From Patescibacteria group bacterium (GTDB lineage Bacteria; Patescibacteriota; Patescibacteriia; Magasanikbacterales; GWA2-37-8), in contig SCQK01000005.1 in the NCBI GenBank assembly GCA_004321885.1, positions 1 through 38,966 of the forward strand: DNA of 38,966 bases, in the 5' to 3' direction. Shown piece by piece: positions 17,620-26,024 of the stretch (position 1 is its first letter; the number at the start of each line of letters is the position of its first letter). The notes beneath the pieces were generated by a model. That model had not been told where the DNA came from. It worked only from the letters and a program-made list of their open reading frames with translations, and searched no databases. The translations under genes and the position numbers were made by a program.

Positions 17620-19395
17620 ATGAAAACCGATATTGGCGATTTTAGCGCCATGGATGAGCAACCAGAAAATAAAAAAAGCATCATCCCCAAGACGCCGCCC
17701 AACGTCAACTTTTTCGCGATGACGAATTATAGAAACATCAATCGCCGCTTTGGCATAAAATTGGATGACCGGCGCCGGCACATGTATGTGGTGGGCAAGA
17801 CCGGCATGGGCAAAACCACCATGCTGGAAAACATGATATTAAACGACATCTACGCCGGGCACGGGGTGGGCTATGTGGACCCGCACGGCGACACGGCCGA
17901 AAAGCTCATCAATTATATTCCGGCCGGCCGCATCAATGACGTGGTCTATTTCAATCCGGCCGATATCAACTTCCCCATTGGCTTTAATATCTTGGAAACC
18001 ATTTCGCCCGACCACAAACATTTAGTCGCCTCGGGCCTGATGGGCGTGTTCAAAAAAATCTGGCCCGATGTGTGGAGCTCGCGCATGGAATATATTTTGA
18101 ACAACACCATTCTGGCGCTTTTGGATTACCCGGGCACCACCTTGCTTGGCATCAACCGCCTCTTGGCCGACAACACTTACCGCCGCCGCGTGGTGGGCGC
18201 GCTGAAAGACCCGGTGGTCAAAGCCTTTTGGCAAACCGAGTTCGCCAATTACAACGACAAGTACAGACAGGAAGCCGTGGCTCCGATTCAAAACAAAATC
18301 GGCCAGTTTTTGTCGGCTTCAGTGATACGCAATATCGTGGCGCAAGTAAAATCGCGCATTGACATCCGCGAAATAATGGACAGCGGCAAGATATTGATAT
18401 TGAATTTGTCCAAAGGCCGCATCGGCGAAGACAACTCGCGTCTGCTCGGCGGCATGCTTATCACCAAAATTCAGCTCTCGGCCATGGAGCGCGTGGATAT
18501 TCCGCCGGAAAAGCGCAATGATTTCTTTTTGTATGTTGACGAGTTTCAAAATTTTGCCACCGAAAGCTTTGCCAATATCTTGTCCGAGGCGCGCAAGTAC
18601 AATCTGGAGCTGATAATGGCGCACCAGTACATGGAACAGCTTGACGAGAAAGTGCTGGCCGCCGTGGTGGGCAACGTGGGCACCACGGTCTCTTTCCGCA
18701 TCGGCTCCACGGACGCGGAAATTTTGGCCAAAGAATTCGCGCCGGTTTTTACCGAGCAGGATTTGGTGAATCTGGCCAAGTATCAGATTTATTTGAAGCT
18801 GATGATAGACGGGGTGGCTTCACAGCCTTTTTCCGCCATTACTCTGCCGCCCATAAACAAGGCCACCAACAGCGCCGATAAAGTGATTCGCGTGTCGCGC
18901 GAGCGCTATGCCGTGGAGCGGGAAAAAATAGAAGACAAAATCGCGCGCTGGAGCGGCCTGGTGATTACCACCGGCGAAGACGCCGCGGAGATGGAAGCCG
19001 GGGAAGACGAGGAAATGTTTAAGCCAGCGCCGGCGCCGGTCAAACCGGCTCCACAGCCTCCCCCGATAAATCGGGGTCGGACTATGGAGCCAGCGGTAAG
19101 CAAACCGGCTCCACAGTCCGCCTTTGGCGGAACTATGGAGCCAGCGGCCAGCAAACAGCGTCCGCCGGAAAAGAAAGAAAATAAAAAAGTTTTCAATCCA
19201 TCCAAGGGTGAACAGGTGACGATTGTTGACACGACCCAGAAGGGAATATCCCTCAAAAATCTAACACCCAAAGCAAGTCCGACTCCACCCGTCCAACGGC
19301 CCATCACGCCGCCGGCGCCGCCTCAGAAAAAGACCCCGCCGCTTTCCGGCGCCCGCCCCTTGAGTCCGGGGCAAGTTGCCAGGTTTGATGAATAA
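17620..19395 (+). CDS. FtsK/HerA/TraD(VirD4)-superfamily P-loop ATPase with Pro-rich repetitive C-terminal tail
   Basis: Walker A YVVGKTGMGKTTMLENMI, Walker B FLYVDEFQNF, EARKYNLELIMAHQ motif typical of TraD/TraG/HerA (DUF87) ATPases; no N-terminal TM; C-terminal tandem peptide repeats KPAPQ..TMEPA. Confidence 0.65.
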   Translation: MKTDIGDFSAMDEQPENKKSIIPKTPPNVNFFAMTNYRNINRRFGIKLDDRRRHMYVVGKTGMGKTTMLENMILNDIYAGHGVGYVDPHGDTAEKLINYIPAGRINDVVYFNPADINFPIGFNILETISPDHKHLVASGLMGVFKKIWPDVWSSRMEYILNNTILALLDYPGTTLLGINRLLADNTYRRRVVGALKDPVVKAFWQTEFANYNDKYRQEAVAPIQNKIGQFLSASVIRNIVAQVKSRIDIREIMDSGKILILNLSKGRIGEDNSRLLGGMLITKIQLSAMERVDIPPEKRNDFFLYVDEFQNFATESFANILSEARKYNLELIMAHQYMEQLDEKVLAAVVGNVGTTVSFRIGSTDAEILAKEFAPVFTEQDLVNLAKYQIYLKLMIDGVASQPFSAITLPPINKATNSADKVIRVSRERYAVEREKIEDKIARWSGLVITTGEDAAEMEAGEDEEMFKPAPAPVKPAPQPPPINRGRTMEPAVSKPAPQSAFGGTMEPAASKQRPPEKKENKKVFNPSKGEQVTIVDTTQKGISLKNLTPKASPTPPVQRPITPPAPPQKKTPPLSGARPLSPGQVARFDE

Positions 19396-19401
19396 AAAAA
19401 C

Positions 19402-19430
19402 GCTGGCTCCATACTATGTGTGGAGCCAGC
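19402..19430. terminator. bidirectional hairpin terminator between convergent ATPase and rplT genes
   Basis: gctggctcca-tactatgtg-tggagccagc 10-bp stem; A-run upstream gives U-run for minus-strand transcripts. Confidence 0.6.
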
Positions 19431-19439
19431 AGTTGGTAA

Positions 19440-19459
19440 GGGGGAGGGTGAGGGAGGGG
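19440..19459. repeat. half copy (G-rich arm only) of family-1 element
   Basis: gggggagggtgagggagggg without matching C-rich arm. Confidence 0.4.
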
Positions 19460-19462
19460 TAA

Positions 19463-19807
19463 TTATTTCACCGCTTCGGTGATTTTTTCCAGCATGTTCG
19501 GTAACCGGTGCGCTATTTCAGAAAGCACCTTCCGGTTCAGCTCAATATTTTTTTTCTTCAGCGCGCCGATGAATTTACTGTAAGAAATACCGAGCGGGCG
19601 CAGGGCCGCGTTCAGCCGGATATTCCACAAGCCGCGGTTAATTCTCTTTTTGATTTTGCGGTCCGTAAAAGCGTACTGGCCGCTTTTTTTTACGGCTGTC
19701 TTGGCCAGTTTGATTTTGGATTTGCGCCCCCAGCGGAAACCCCTGGTGTGTTTCAGGATTCCGCGTCTGTGTTTGGCATGCAAGATGCCGCCTTTAATTC
19801 TGGTCAT
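19463..19807 (-). CDS. rplT: 50S ribosomal protein L20
   Basis: MTRIKGGILHAKHRRGILKHTRGFRWGRKSKIKLAKTAVKKSGQYAFTDRKIKKRINRGLWNIRLNAA matches bL20. Confidence 0.92.
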   Translation of the reverse strand: MTRIKGGILHAKHRRGILKHTRGFRWGRKSKIKLAKTAVKKSGQYAFTDRKIKKRINRGLWNIRLNAALRPLGISYSKFIGALKKKNIELNRKVLSEIAHRLPNMLEKITEAVK

Positions 19808-19808
19808 A

Positions 19809-20000
19809 TTAATTTGGTAAGTAAATTTCCATCACCTTGTTTAAAGTGGCGCTGGAGACAGTGTCGGATTTTTTGTTGCGTCCGATTTTGCCGCTCTCGC
19901 GGGAATTAAAATGATTTTGGCCCGCGGTCCTTTTTATAATTTTTCCTTTTTTCGTCACCCTAAACCTCTTTGCGATTGCTTTGTGTGTTTTGAGTTTCAT
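19809..20000 (-). CDS. rpmI: 50S ribosomal protein L35
   Basis: MKLKTHKAIAKRFRVTKKGKIIKRTAGQNHF matches bL35; infC-rpmI-rplT order. Confidence 0.88.
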   Translation of the reverse strand: MKLKTHKAIAKRFRVTKKGKIIKRTAGQNHFNSRESGKIGRNKKSDTVSSATLNKVMEIYLPN

Positions 20001-20009
20001 AATCTCGTG

Positions 20010-20588
20010 TCATTTTTTAGCGATAATAGCTGTCACTTTGTTAAATTGCACTTCCACCGGCTGGTCCAGGCGCACGGGCAAGTCGGCATCCACCATTTGC
20101 GTGAATTTTGAGACCACCTCGCGCGCCGCCGGCTTTTGCTGGGTCTCGCGGCCGCGCAAAATGATTTCTATTTTCACCTTGTCGCCGTCGTTTAAGAATT
20201 TAATGGCCTGGATTTTTCTGATGTCCATGTCGTGCGGGCCGATGCGCAATGACAGGCGCACGCCCTTCACCTCGGTTTCGTGCTGATGGGCCTGCTTAAT
20301 GCGCTCTTCTTTTTCCTGCTGATAGCGGAACTGGCCAAAGTCCATGATTTTCGCGACCGGCGGGGTTGATTTTGGATTTATCAAAACCAGGTCAAGCTCT
20401 TCTTCGCGCGCGCGGCGGATGGCCTCGCCGGTTTTGAGCACGCCGACATTGGCGCCGGCCGAATCCAAAACCAAAATTTCGGGCGCGGAAATGCCCTCAT
20501 TGCGGAAAAAAATCTTTTTTGGTTCTGGTTTTCGTTTTTTGTGCGATATGCGCATAGGACCACTAATTTTTTCACTAATCCTCACCAA
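20010..20588 (-). CDS. infC: translation initiation factor IF-3 (start uncertain: TTG 20588, ATG 20555 or atypical codon)
   Basis: IFFRNEGISAPEILVLDSAGANVGV, DLVLINPKSTPPVAKIMDFGQFRY, C-domain VKIEIILRGRE motifs. Confidence 0.88.
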   Translation of the reverse strand: MVRISEKISGPMRISHKKRKPEPKKIFFRNEGISAPEILVLDSAGANVGVLKTGEAIRRAREEELDLVLINPKSTPPVAKIMDFGQFRYQQEKEERIKQAHQHETEVKGVRLSLRIGPHDMDIRKIQAIKFLNDGDKVKIEIILRGRETQQKPAAREVVSKFTQMVDADLPVRLDQPVEVQFNKVTAIIAKK

Positions 20589-20632
20589 TGTGAATTATTT
20601 GTGTCGTTTCGTGTTATAGGATTAGTGGTTCG

Positions 20633-21043
20633 TGGAGGTGGCGAGAGTTGAACTCGCGTCTAGAGAGCCATGATTATACCTTCTACATAATTAGTTCGGC
20701 TTGGTATTTTACCGAAGGGATAAAAGCGAACGAAAATCTCTTCGGCTAGCCGCTGAATTTTGGGTCTGTCGCCAGACCCCATTTTCTCAAAAGCGCGCGG
20801 CCTAACTTTTGAGTAAGCCCGGAAGTGGCACCGCTTTTAGCCGACGGGCGTAGCTAAGGCGATGGTCAAACGCAAATTAAGCGAATGACGGAGCCAAGGC
20901 GCGAACGCCAAACATGTTGGCGAACGCTACCTTAACTTTTGAGAATAAGTTGGCACTTATTGTGTTGCTTTGCTATTTGCGAGGCCAAAGCCGCCTCGTT
21001 ATGCCAATATAACCATCTGCTTCTATCGAAGCCCATCACCCCC
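20633..21043 (-). ncRNA. ssrA: tmRNA (SsrA), ~411 nt, not in ORF track
   Basis: minus-strand 5' end GGGGGUGAUGGGCUUCGAUAG matches tmRNA consensus GGGGxUGAxxGGxUUCGAC; 3' end GACGCGAGUUCAACUCUCGCCACCUCCA nearly identical to E. coli GACGCGGGUUCAACUCCCGCCAGCUCCA (T-arm + acceptor, G3:U70 pair); CCA not encoded; candidate tag ORF ANMFGVRALAPSFA-UAA (approx 20877-20921); immediately downstream of smpB. Confidence 0.85.
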
Positions 21044-21482
21044 GGCTTTTCAAGGTTCGTTGTATTTCTCTCTTCGCGTCGCGGCGCTTGATGACCTCTC
21101 TTTTATCGTATTGCTTGCGCCCGCGCGCCACTCCTATTTCCACCTTGACAAATCGGCCTTTAATATACACCCGCAAAGGCACTATTGTCAAGCCCTTTTC
21201 CATTGATTTGCCGCGCAAATAAGCGATTTCTTTCTTGCGTAAAAGCAAGCGGCGCGTGGCCGCGGGGTCGTATTCAAGCATTTTGCCGGCCGGTTTGTAC
21301 TTGGCGATATGCATGTTTATGATATCGGCATTGTCGCCATGGAAAGTAACATAAGCGCCTTTCAAATTTATCTGCCCGTTTTTGGCCGACTTGGTTTCCT
21401 GGCCCGACAACACTAAACCAGCCTCTAATTTTTCCAGAATTTCATAGTCAAATAGTGCTTTGCGATTTTCGGCGAGTTGCAT
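21036..21482 (-). CDS. smpB: SsrA-binding protein SmpB
   Basis: C-terminal 148 aa of ORF 21036..21941 (MQLAENRKALFDYEILEKLEAGLVLSGQETKS...HDPAATRRLLLRKKEI...GLTIVPLRVYIKGRFVKVEIGVARGRKQYDKRE) match SmpB; ATG at 21480-21482 preceded by TATAAT; upstream 153 aa of ORF are basic low-complexity and overlap a real membrane-protein gene on the other strand. Confidence 0.88.
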   Translation of the reverse strand: MQLAENRKALFDYEILEKLEAGLVLSGQETKSAKNGQINLKGAYVTFHGDNADIINMHIAKYKPAGKMLEYDPAATRRLLLRKKEIAYLRGKSMEKGLTIVPLRVYIKGRFVKVEIGVARGRKQYDKREVIKRRDAKREIQRTLKSRG

Positions 21483-21513
21483 ATCGCGCTCTATTATACT
21501 ATAATATCGGCGT

Positions 21514-22305
21514 ATGTTCAAACGGCTGTCTCTCCACCCCAAACTGGTGGCGGTTGTTGATACGCTCATTACCCTGGCCATGCTGTGGTGGCTGAATGGG
21601 ATGAGCTCAAAAATTGTTTTGGCGCTCTGGTTTGTTTTTCGTCTGGCCATCTGGGCCGGTTTTATAAAACTGATGTATTTTTCCGCCGGCGCCAGCCGCG
21701 CGCGCCATTTTTTGTCTTTATTGATTTTTTGCGCGGGCCTGCTGACATTTATTCTTTTTACCGAGTGGACGCCGGCGCGCCTGCTCTTTGAAGCAATTTT
21801 CGCGCTCTTTCCTTTTTTTGGTTTTTGGCTTTTGCCGGCCTCGGAGGCCGGCCTTCCCACTTTTTTGAAGCCCCATTCGCGCCTGTCGTTTATGATGTGC
21901 ATCATCGGTCTGGCCGGAATTTTCGCTTTGGTCTCCGCCATCTCATCGTTTCAACTGCTCACCAGCGTCAGCGCGTGGGTGTGGATTGTTTTAGCTTCGC
22001 TCGTCGCTACGGCCGTGGCTGGCTGGTGGTGGTTTGAGTACGGCCTGAAAGTGGACGACAAGTTTATTTCCCGTCTCGCCATTTGGTTTGTGATGTTTTT
22101 GGAATTTTTATGGGTGATTCTAATACTGCCGTTCGGATACATGGTAAATGGCCTGCTCACCATTTGGTGCTGGTATATTTTGTGGCTTTTGATGCGCTTT
22201 AACATGACCGAAGAGGGAATCAAGTGGCGCAAGCAGGCGCTGTTTCTGGTTTCAAACGTTGTTTTATTTGTGGGATATTTGCTGTTGGCGGTTAAGTGGA
22301 AATAA
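21514..22305 (+). CDS. hypothetical polytopic membrane protein (263 aa)
   Basis: multiple hydrophobic helices, W-rich; no family recognised. Confidence 0.5.
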   Translation: MFKRLSLHPKLVAVVDTLITLAMLWWLNGMSSKIVLALWFVFRLAIWAGFIKLMYFSAGASRARHFLSLLIFCAGLLTFILFTEWTPARLLFEAIFALFPFFGFWLLPASEAGLPTFLKPHSRLSFMMCIIGLAGIFALVSAISSFQLLTSVSAWVWIVLASLVATAVAGWWWFEYGLKVDDKFISRLAIWFVMFLEFLWVILILPFGYMVNGLLTIWCWYILWLLMRFNMTEEGIKWRKQALFLVSNVVLFVGYLLLAVKWK

Positions 22306-22306
22306 T

Positions 22307-23389
22307 ATGATGAATCTGCCCCCGCCCCATTTGCCCCCGCCCGCGTGCGATGTGGCCAGGCACAAGAAATGGCTGCGCGTGAAAGTAATGCTTCTCGCGG
22401 CGATTTTTGGCTTGTTCGCCGGAGTGACGGGCGCGGCCATCGTGCTGGGCTGGATTTGGCCGGGCTGGGCCGAGGGCGATACTTGGTTTGGCGGCGCCAG
22501 CCGCCCGTCTGGGTCCCGCGGCGCCCTGGAAGAACGGGTGCGCCACGAAATGTCCAGCCGGATTATTTCTGTTTATAAAAAAACCTCGCGGTTCGCCGGA
22601 GTGGATTTTTTGGCCCAAGAGGATTTTTTGGGCTCGGCCATCGCGGTGAGCTCGGACGGCTGGCTGGCGCTGTATTTGCCGCGCTATGACGGCGTCAAAA
22701 CTTTCACGGCGCTTACCGGCGCGGGCAGGATTTTGAAAATTGAAAAATATCTGTACGACCGGCACGCGGAAATTTTGTATTTGAAGGCAAAAAACAGCGA
22801 GCAATTCAAGGTGGTGATTTTTGAGGAACGGGCGGCCCCGGGCGACGACGCGTTTGTGTTTGACGGCGATTGGCGGCGGACGACAATCGGGCGCGCGGCC
22901 TGGAGCAGCCAGTTGCCGCGCCTGGACAGCGCGCCGGCGCGCTTCTTTACTTTAAGCGACAGCGGTATTGTGGCGGGCCGGGTGGCGGCCAACAGTCAGG
23001 GCAGAATTATCGGCCTTACCATGGAAAATAGCCGGCTTTTGCCCAGCGAATACATCACCCGTCTGCTGGCGGCGGTTCTGGGGCGCGGGGTGGTGGAATA
23101 CCCCACTTTGGGCGTTGAGGGTTGGTTTAGCGACGAGCGGCCTTTGCTGGCGGGCGCTAACAGAACGAATGGTTTTTTGGTCGTGCGGCTTTTGGACGGC
23201 GCTTCTGCCCCGGTCAGGGCGAGAGAGGGGATTTTGGCCAAAGGCGATATTATTTTGGAAATAGACGGCCGCGTTGTTGACAGCGGAAATTTGTGGTATA
23301 ATATTGTGGACAAAAGCAGGATAAAGTTGAAAATTTTGCGGCAGGAGAAAGAGATGGAGATGATGGTGAGAGCGGGAAAGACGAAGTGA
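22307..23389 (+). CDS. membrane-anchored HtrA-like protein with C-terminal PDZ domain (catalytic triad not clearly conserved)
   Basis: N-terminal TM (VMLLAAIFGLFAGVTGAAIVLGWIW); AANSQGRIIGL in place of GNSGGPL..IGI; PDZ-like GFLVVRLLDGASAPVRAREGILAKGDIILEIDGRVV; start ATG 22307 one nt after previous stop. Confidence 0.5.
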   Translation: MMNLPPPHLPPPACDVARHKKWLRVKVMLLAAIFGLFAGVTGAAIVLGWIWPGWAEGDTWFGGASRPSGSRGALEERVRHEMSSRIISVYKKTSRFAGVDFLAQEDFLGSAIAVSSDGWLALYLPRYDGVKTFTALTGAGRILKIEKYLYDRHAEILYLKAKNSEQFKVVIFEERAAPGDDAFVFDGDWRRTTIGRAAWSSQLPRLDSAPARFFTLSDSGIVAGRVAANSQGRIIGLTMENSRLLPSEYITRLLAAVLGRGVVEYPTLGVEGWFSDERPLLAGANRTNGFLVVRLLDGASAPVRAREGILAKGDIILEIDGRVVDSGNLWYNIVDKSRIKLKILRQEKEMEMMVRAGKTK

Positions 23390-23421
23390 AGATTCTTTAT
23401 TCTTTATTCTAAAATTTACTT

Positions 23422-24042
23422 ATGTCACACGTTTCACACACATTGCTTAAAAACGCCAGGCTGATTTTTACTTGGGGAATAATTTTCGCGCTGGCGGCCG
23501 GCGGCATCAGCCTGCTTTTCCCCAAGCAATACGCGGCTGAATCCCAGGTGCTCGTAATATCGCGCGACCGCTCCGGGGTGGACCCTTACACCCAGGTGAA
23601 ATCGGCCGAACGCATTGGCGAAAATTTGGCCCAGGTGATGAAGACCACGGATTTTTACAACAAGGTGATGGAGCTCACTGTTTATCCTTTCAACAAAGAC
23701 CGCTGGCTGAAATTATCCGAGCGCGGCCAGCGCAAGCGCTGGAAACAAGATGTGCAGGCCGGAGTGGTCTACGGCACCGGGCTTCTGGACATCACGGTTT
23801 ACAGTTTTAGCAAAGACGACGCGCGCGCCCTGTCCGACGCGGTCACGCAAACCGTGGCTTCGCGCGGCTGGGAGTATTTGGGCGGAGACGTGGCCCTGAA
23901 AGTGGTGAATGACCCGCTGATTTCGCGCTGGCCCGCGCGCCCCGACATCGGGCTTAATATTATAATCGGGTTGGCGGCCGGGGTTTTGCTCTCGGCCCTG
24001 TGGGTGGCGCGCTACAAAAAACACAGCGTGTTTGGAACATAA
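23422..24042 (+). CDS. Wzz/chain-length-determinant-like protein (N- and C-terminal TM helices)
   Basis: GIIFALAAGGISLLFPKQYAAESQVLV N-terminal TM+motif and C-terminal TM NIIIGLAAGVLLSALWVARYKK resemble polysaccharide co-polymerase (Wzz) topology. Confidence 0.5.
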   Translation: MSHVSHTLLKNARLIFTWGIIFALAAGGISLLFPKQYAAESQVLVISRDRSGVDPYTQVKSAERIGENLAQVMKTTDFYNKVMELTVYPFNKDRWLKLSERGQRKRWKQDVQAGVVYGTGLLDITVYSFSKDDARALSDAVTQTVASRGWEYLGGDVALKVVNDPLISRWPARPDIGLNIIIGLAAGVLLSALWVARYKKHSVFGT

Positions 24043-24044
24043 GT

Positions 24045-24083
24045 ATCATTCCCGCGAAGCCGCCAGCTGGCGGCCGGAATCCA
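24045..24083. repeat. family-2-related hairpin element (ATCATTCCCGCGAAGC...GGCCGGAATCCA)
   Basis: atcattcccgcgaagccgccagctggcggccggaatcca with inner palindrome gccgccagctggcggc. Confidence 0.55.
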
Positions 24084-24089
24084 GCGCTC

Positions 24090-24914
24090 ATGTCAAACGA
24101 CCAACAAAAAATCATCGCCCGCGAAGAACAGCGGCTGGAATCGCTGGCGGCGGATATTGCCAAATCCCCCAGGCCGGAATTGCTGGCCAAGACCAATTCT
24201 TTGCGCGCTCTGTGGCAGAGATGCAAAGAGGCCGCCAAACAAAAACAGGCTGACCTCAAAATTTTAGTGGAAAAATACGCCGGGGATTTTCTCTCGTTGA
24301 AGTGGGAGGCGGATAAGGCGCGCATTGCCCCGCCGCCGGCCCGCGCGCTGTCGCCGGCGGAAAAAATTATTTTCTCACTGCTCAAAAGAGAGTGGCTGCC
24401 CTTCAAATCCCTGCTTTGCGAAGGCAAGCAGGAGGCGGCGAAAAAATGGATAGTGAGTGTGATAAATTTTTGTCTGAAAGAAACAAATCAGGAGGCGGGA
24501 AAATGGAGTAAAGAGGCGGAGGCCATTGCCCAAAAAGCGTGCGACACGGTGTTGGCTTTGGCCAACGAGCAAAAACACAGAATTAAAGACGGTTTTTTGA
24601 AAAAAATATTCGGCGGCCGGAGCGACGCGGAAAAAATAGCCGAGCTGATACGGCGCGATTTTATCACCCCGGGCCAACTGGCCGAACTGGTGGCCGGCGA
24701 AGTGAAAGCGATATTAAGCCAGCCCTTGCCCGCGGCGCTCGCCGACGCCAAACCTGTCATTCTGGCTCCCGAGCCGGAATCCATCGCGGGAATCCAGAGC
24801 GCATTGGAGACGAAGGAGATAATTTCGGAAGAGGCGGCATCAGCGGACGACTGGGGCGAGGACGAAGACGACAAAGAGCCCTGGGAGCAGGGCAAAGAGG
24901 GGATAGCGGGCTGA
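24090..24914 (+). CDS. hypothetical alpha-helical protein with acidic C-terminus (275 aa)
   Basis: ORF 24000..24914 trimmed to ATG 24090 after the hairpin element; stop overlaps next start (ATGA). Confidence 0.5.
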   Translation: MSNDQQKIIAREEQRLESLAADIAKSPRPELLAKTNSLRALWQRCKEAAKQKQADLKILVEKYAGDFLSLKWEADKARIAPPPARALSPAEKIIFSLLKREWLPFKSLLCEGKQEAAKKWIVSVINFCLKETNQEAGKWSKEAEAIAQKACDTVLALANEQKHRIKDGFLKKIFGGRSDAEKIAELIRRDFITPGQLAELVAGEVKAILSQPLPAALADAKPVILAPEPESIAGIQSALETKEIISEEAASADDWGEDEDDKEPWEQGKEGIAG

Positions 24915-25381
24915 TGTATTTTATGTCAGAAAGCAAACCACGGCGGCCGGAATACGAGGCCAATGTCATAGAAAAACTGAAAGGGTGGATTCAGCAAGAC
25001 TCTAAAGCGCTGGAGCGGGCGCAGGAAAGTTTAGTAGAATTTGCCTACACGAATAATAAGGCGGAGCGGCTCGCGCGCGAACTGGGCGAGCCCGGCGAAC
25101 CCACGCCCGAAGAAATAGCGGAAGTTTTGCTTAATTTGGCTCGCGCCAAGAAAGCCTTGCAAACTTTGAAAGAGAGCGCCATATCCCATCTGATAGACGC
25201 CGAAAGCATAGAATTGGCGGAAGTGTTGCGGGAAGCCGATGAATTGATTGATAAAATTGACGCTGACAGAAAAATTTTAGCCAAGAGCGGCGGTGATTGG
25301 GAAAAAGTGGCGGGGTTTGCGAAATTTGATATAGCAGCGGCGGTTAAATTGCTGGAAAAAGCGCGAGCCATTAAAATTTAA
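24914..25381 (+). CDS. hypothetical helical protein (155 aa)
   Basis: start overlaps upstream stop (translational coupling). Confidence 0.5.
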   Translation: MYFMSESKPRRPEYEANVIEKLKGWIQQDSKALERAQESLVEFAYTNNKAERLARELGEPGEPTPEEIAEVLLNLARAKKALQTLKESAISHLIDAESIELAEVLREADELIDKIDADRKILAKSGGDWEKVAGFAKFDIAAAVKLLEKARAIKI

Positions 25382-25402
25382 ATAATTTTTATTAAAAATA
25401 AT

Positions 25403-25726
25403 ATGCCAGCACAGCCAAAGTTTGATTTTCTCATAGAATATATCCTCGGTCTTTTGGAAAAAAATAATATCAATCTCACCGCAGAGCAGAAAAAAATTTA
25501 CGTACCGCAAATTTTAGCGCAGGTGGAATTGCGCTTGGGTCTGAAACTTCTGCCGCTGTTAAACGAGAAACAAAAAGATAAGTTTGTTAAATTAATGAAT
25601 CACGACAAAACGACCCCGACCGAGTGGTCTGATTTTTGGCACGAGTCCGTGCCCACTTTTGACGAAGATGTGCAGACTGTTTTAATGGAATTTGCGGAAA
25701 AAGTAAAAACAATATTAGCGCAGTAA
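25403..25726 (+). CDS. hypothetical protein (107 aa)
   Basis: ORF; followed by family-1 element and strong hairpin. Confidence 0.45.
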   Translation: MPAQPKFDFLIEYILGLLEKNNINLTAEQKKIYVPQILAQVELRLGLKLLPLLNEKQKDKFVKLMNHDKTTPTEWSDFWHESVPTFDEDVQTVLMEFAEKVKTILAQ

Positions 25727-25735
25727 CCCTACGGA

Positions 25736-25763
25736 CATCCCTCCCTTTTAGGGGAGGGGCAGG
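25736..25763. repeat. family-1 palindromic element (catccctcccttttaggggaggggcagg)
   Basis: inverted repeat ccctccc-tttta-ggggagggg. Confidence 0.75.
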
Positions 25764-25793
25764 CCACCACACCAAAGATTTTGGTGTGGTGGC
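25762..25793 (+). terminator. 12-bp hairpin (gccaccacacca-aagatttt-tggtgtggtggc)
   Basis: perfect 12-bp stem immediately after family-1 element. Confidence 0.5.
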
Positions 25794-25812
25794 AGAGGGT
25801 GGGGTTTGATGT

Positions 25813-26010
25813 ATGATAAAAAAAAAGGAAAATAATTTAAAAAAATTGTCCGCGCGCTACCAGCGGCTGTCTTCTTTGTATCAAAAATGGCAAAAGGAAT
25901 TGGCAGAAATAGAGCGTGAAGAACGCAAAATAAAGAAAAAAATCTTTGATTTAGCGGACCAAAAAAAGCGCGCTCAAGTTTTGAGTTTTATCAACAAGAC
26001 CGTACAATAA
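25813..26010 (+). CDS. small coiled-coil hypothetical protein (65 aa)
   Basis: K/E-rich heptad-like sequence; in operon context. Confidence 0.35.
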   Translation: MIKKKENNLKKLSARYQRLSSLYQKWQKELAEIEREERKIKKKIFDLADQKKRAQVLSFINKTVQ

Positions 26011-26024
26011 TTTTTCAATTTTTT

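Noticed and set aside
19981-20619. Plus-strand ORFs (19981..20286, 20344..20619) antisense to infC/rpmI
   Set aside because: They lie antisense to well-conserved ribosomal and IF3 genes.
20970-21206. 78-aa ORF on plus strand
   Set aside because: It overlaps the 5' part of the tmRNA and the smpB 3' end on the opposite strand.
21483-21941. N-terminal 153 aa of the 301-aa ORF containing SmpB (basic, low-complexity)
   Set aside because: SmpB homology begins only at the internal ATG 21482, which is preceded by TATAAT. The extension overlaps a convincing TM-rich gene on the opposite strand (21514..22305).
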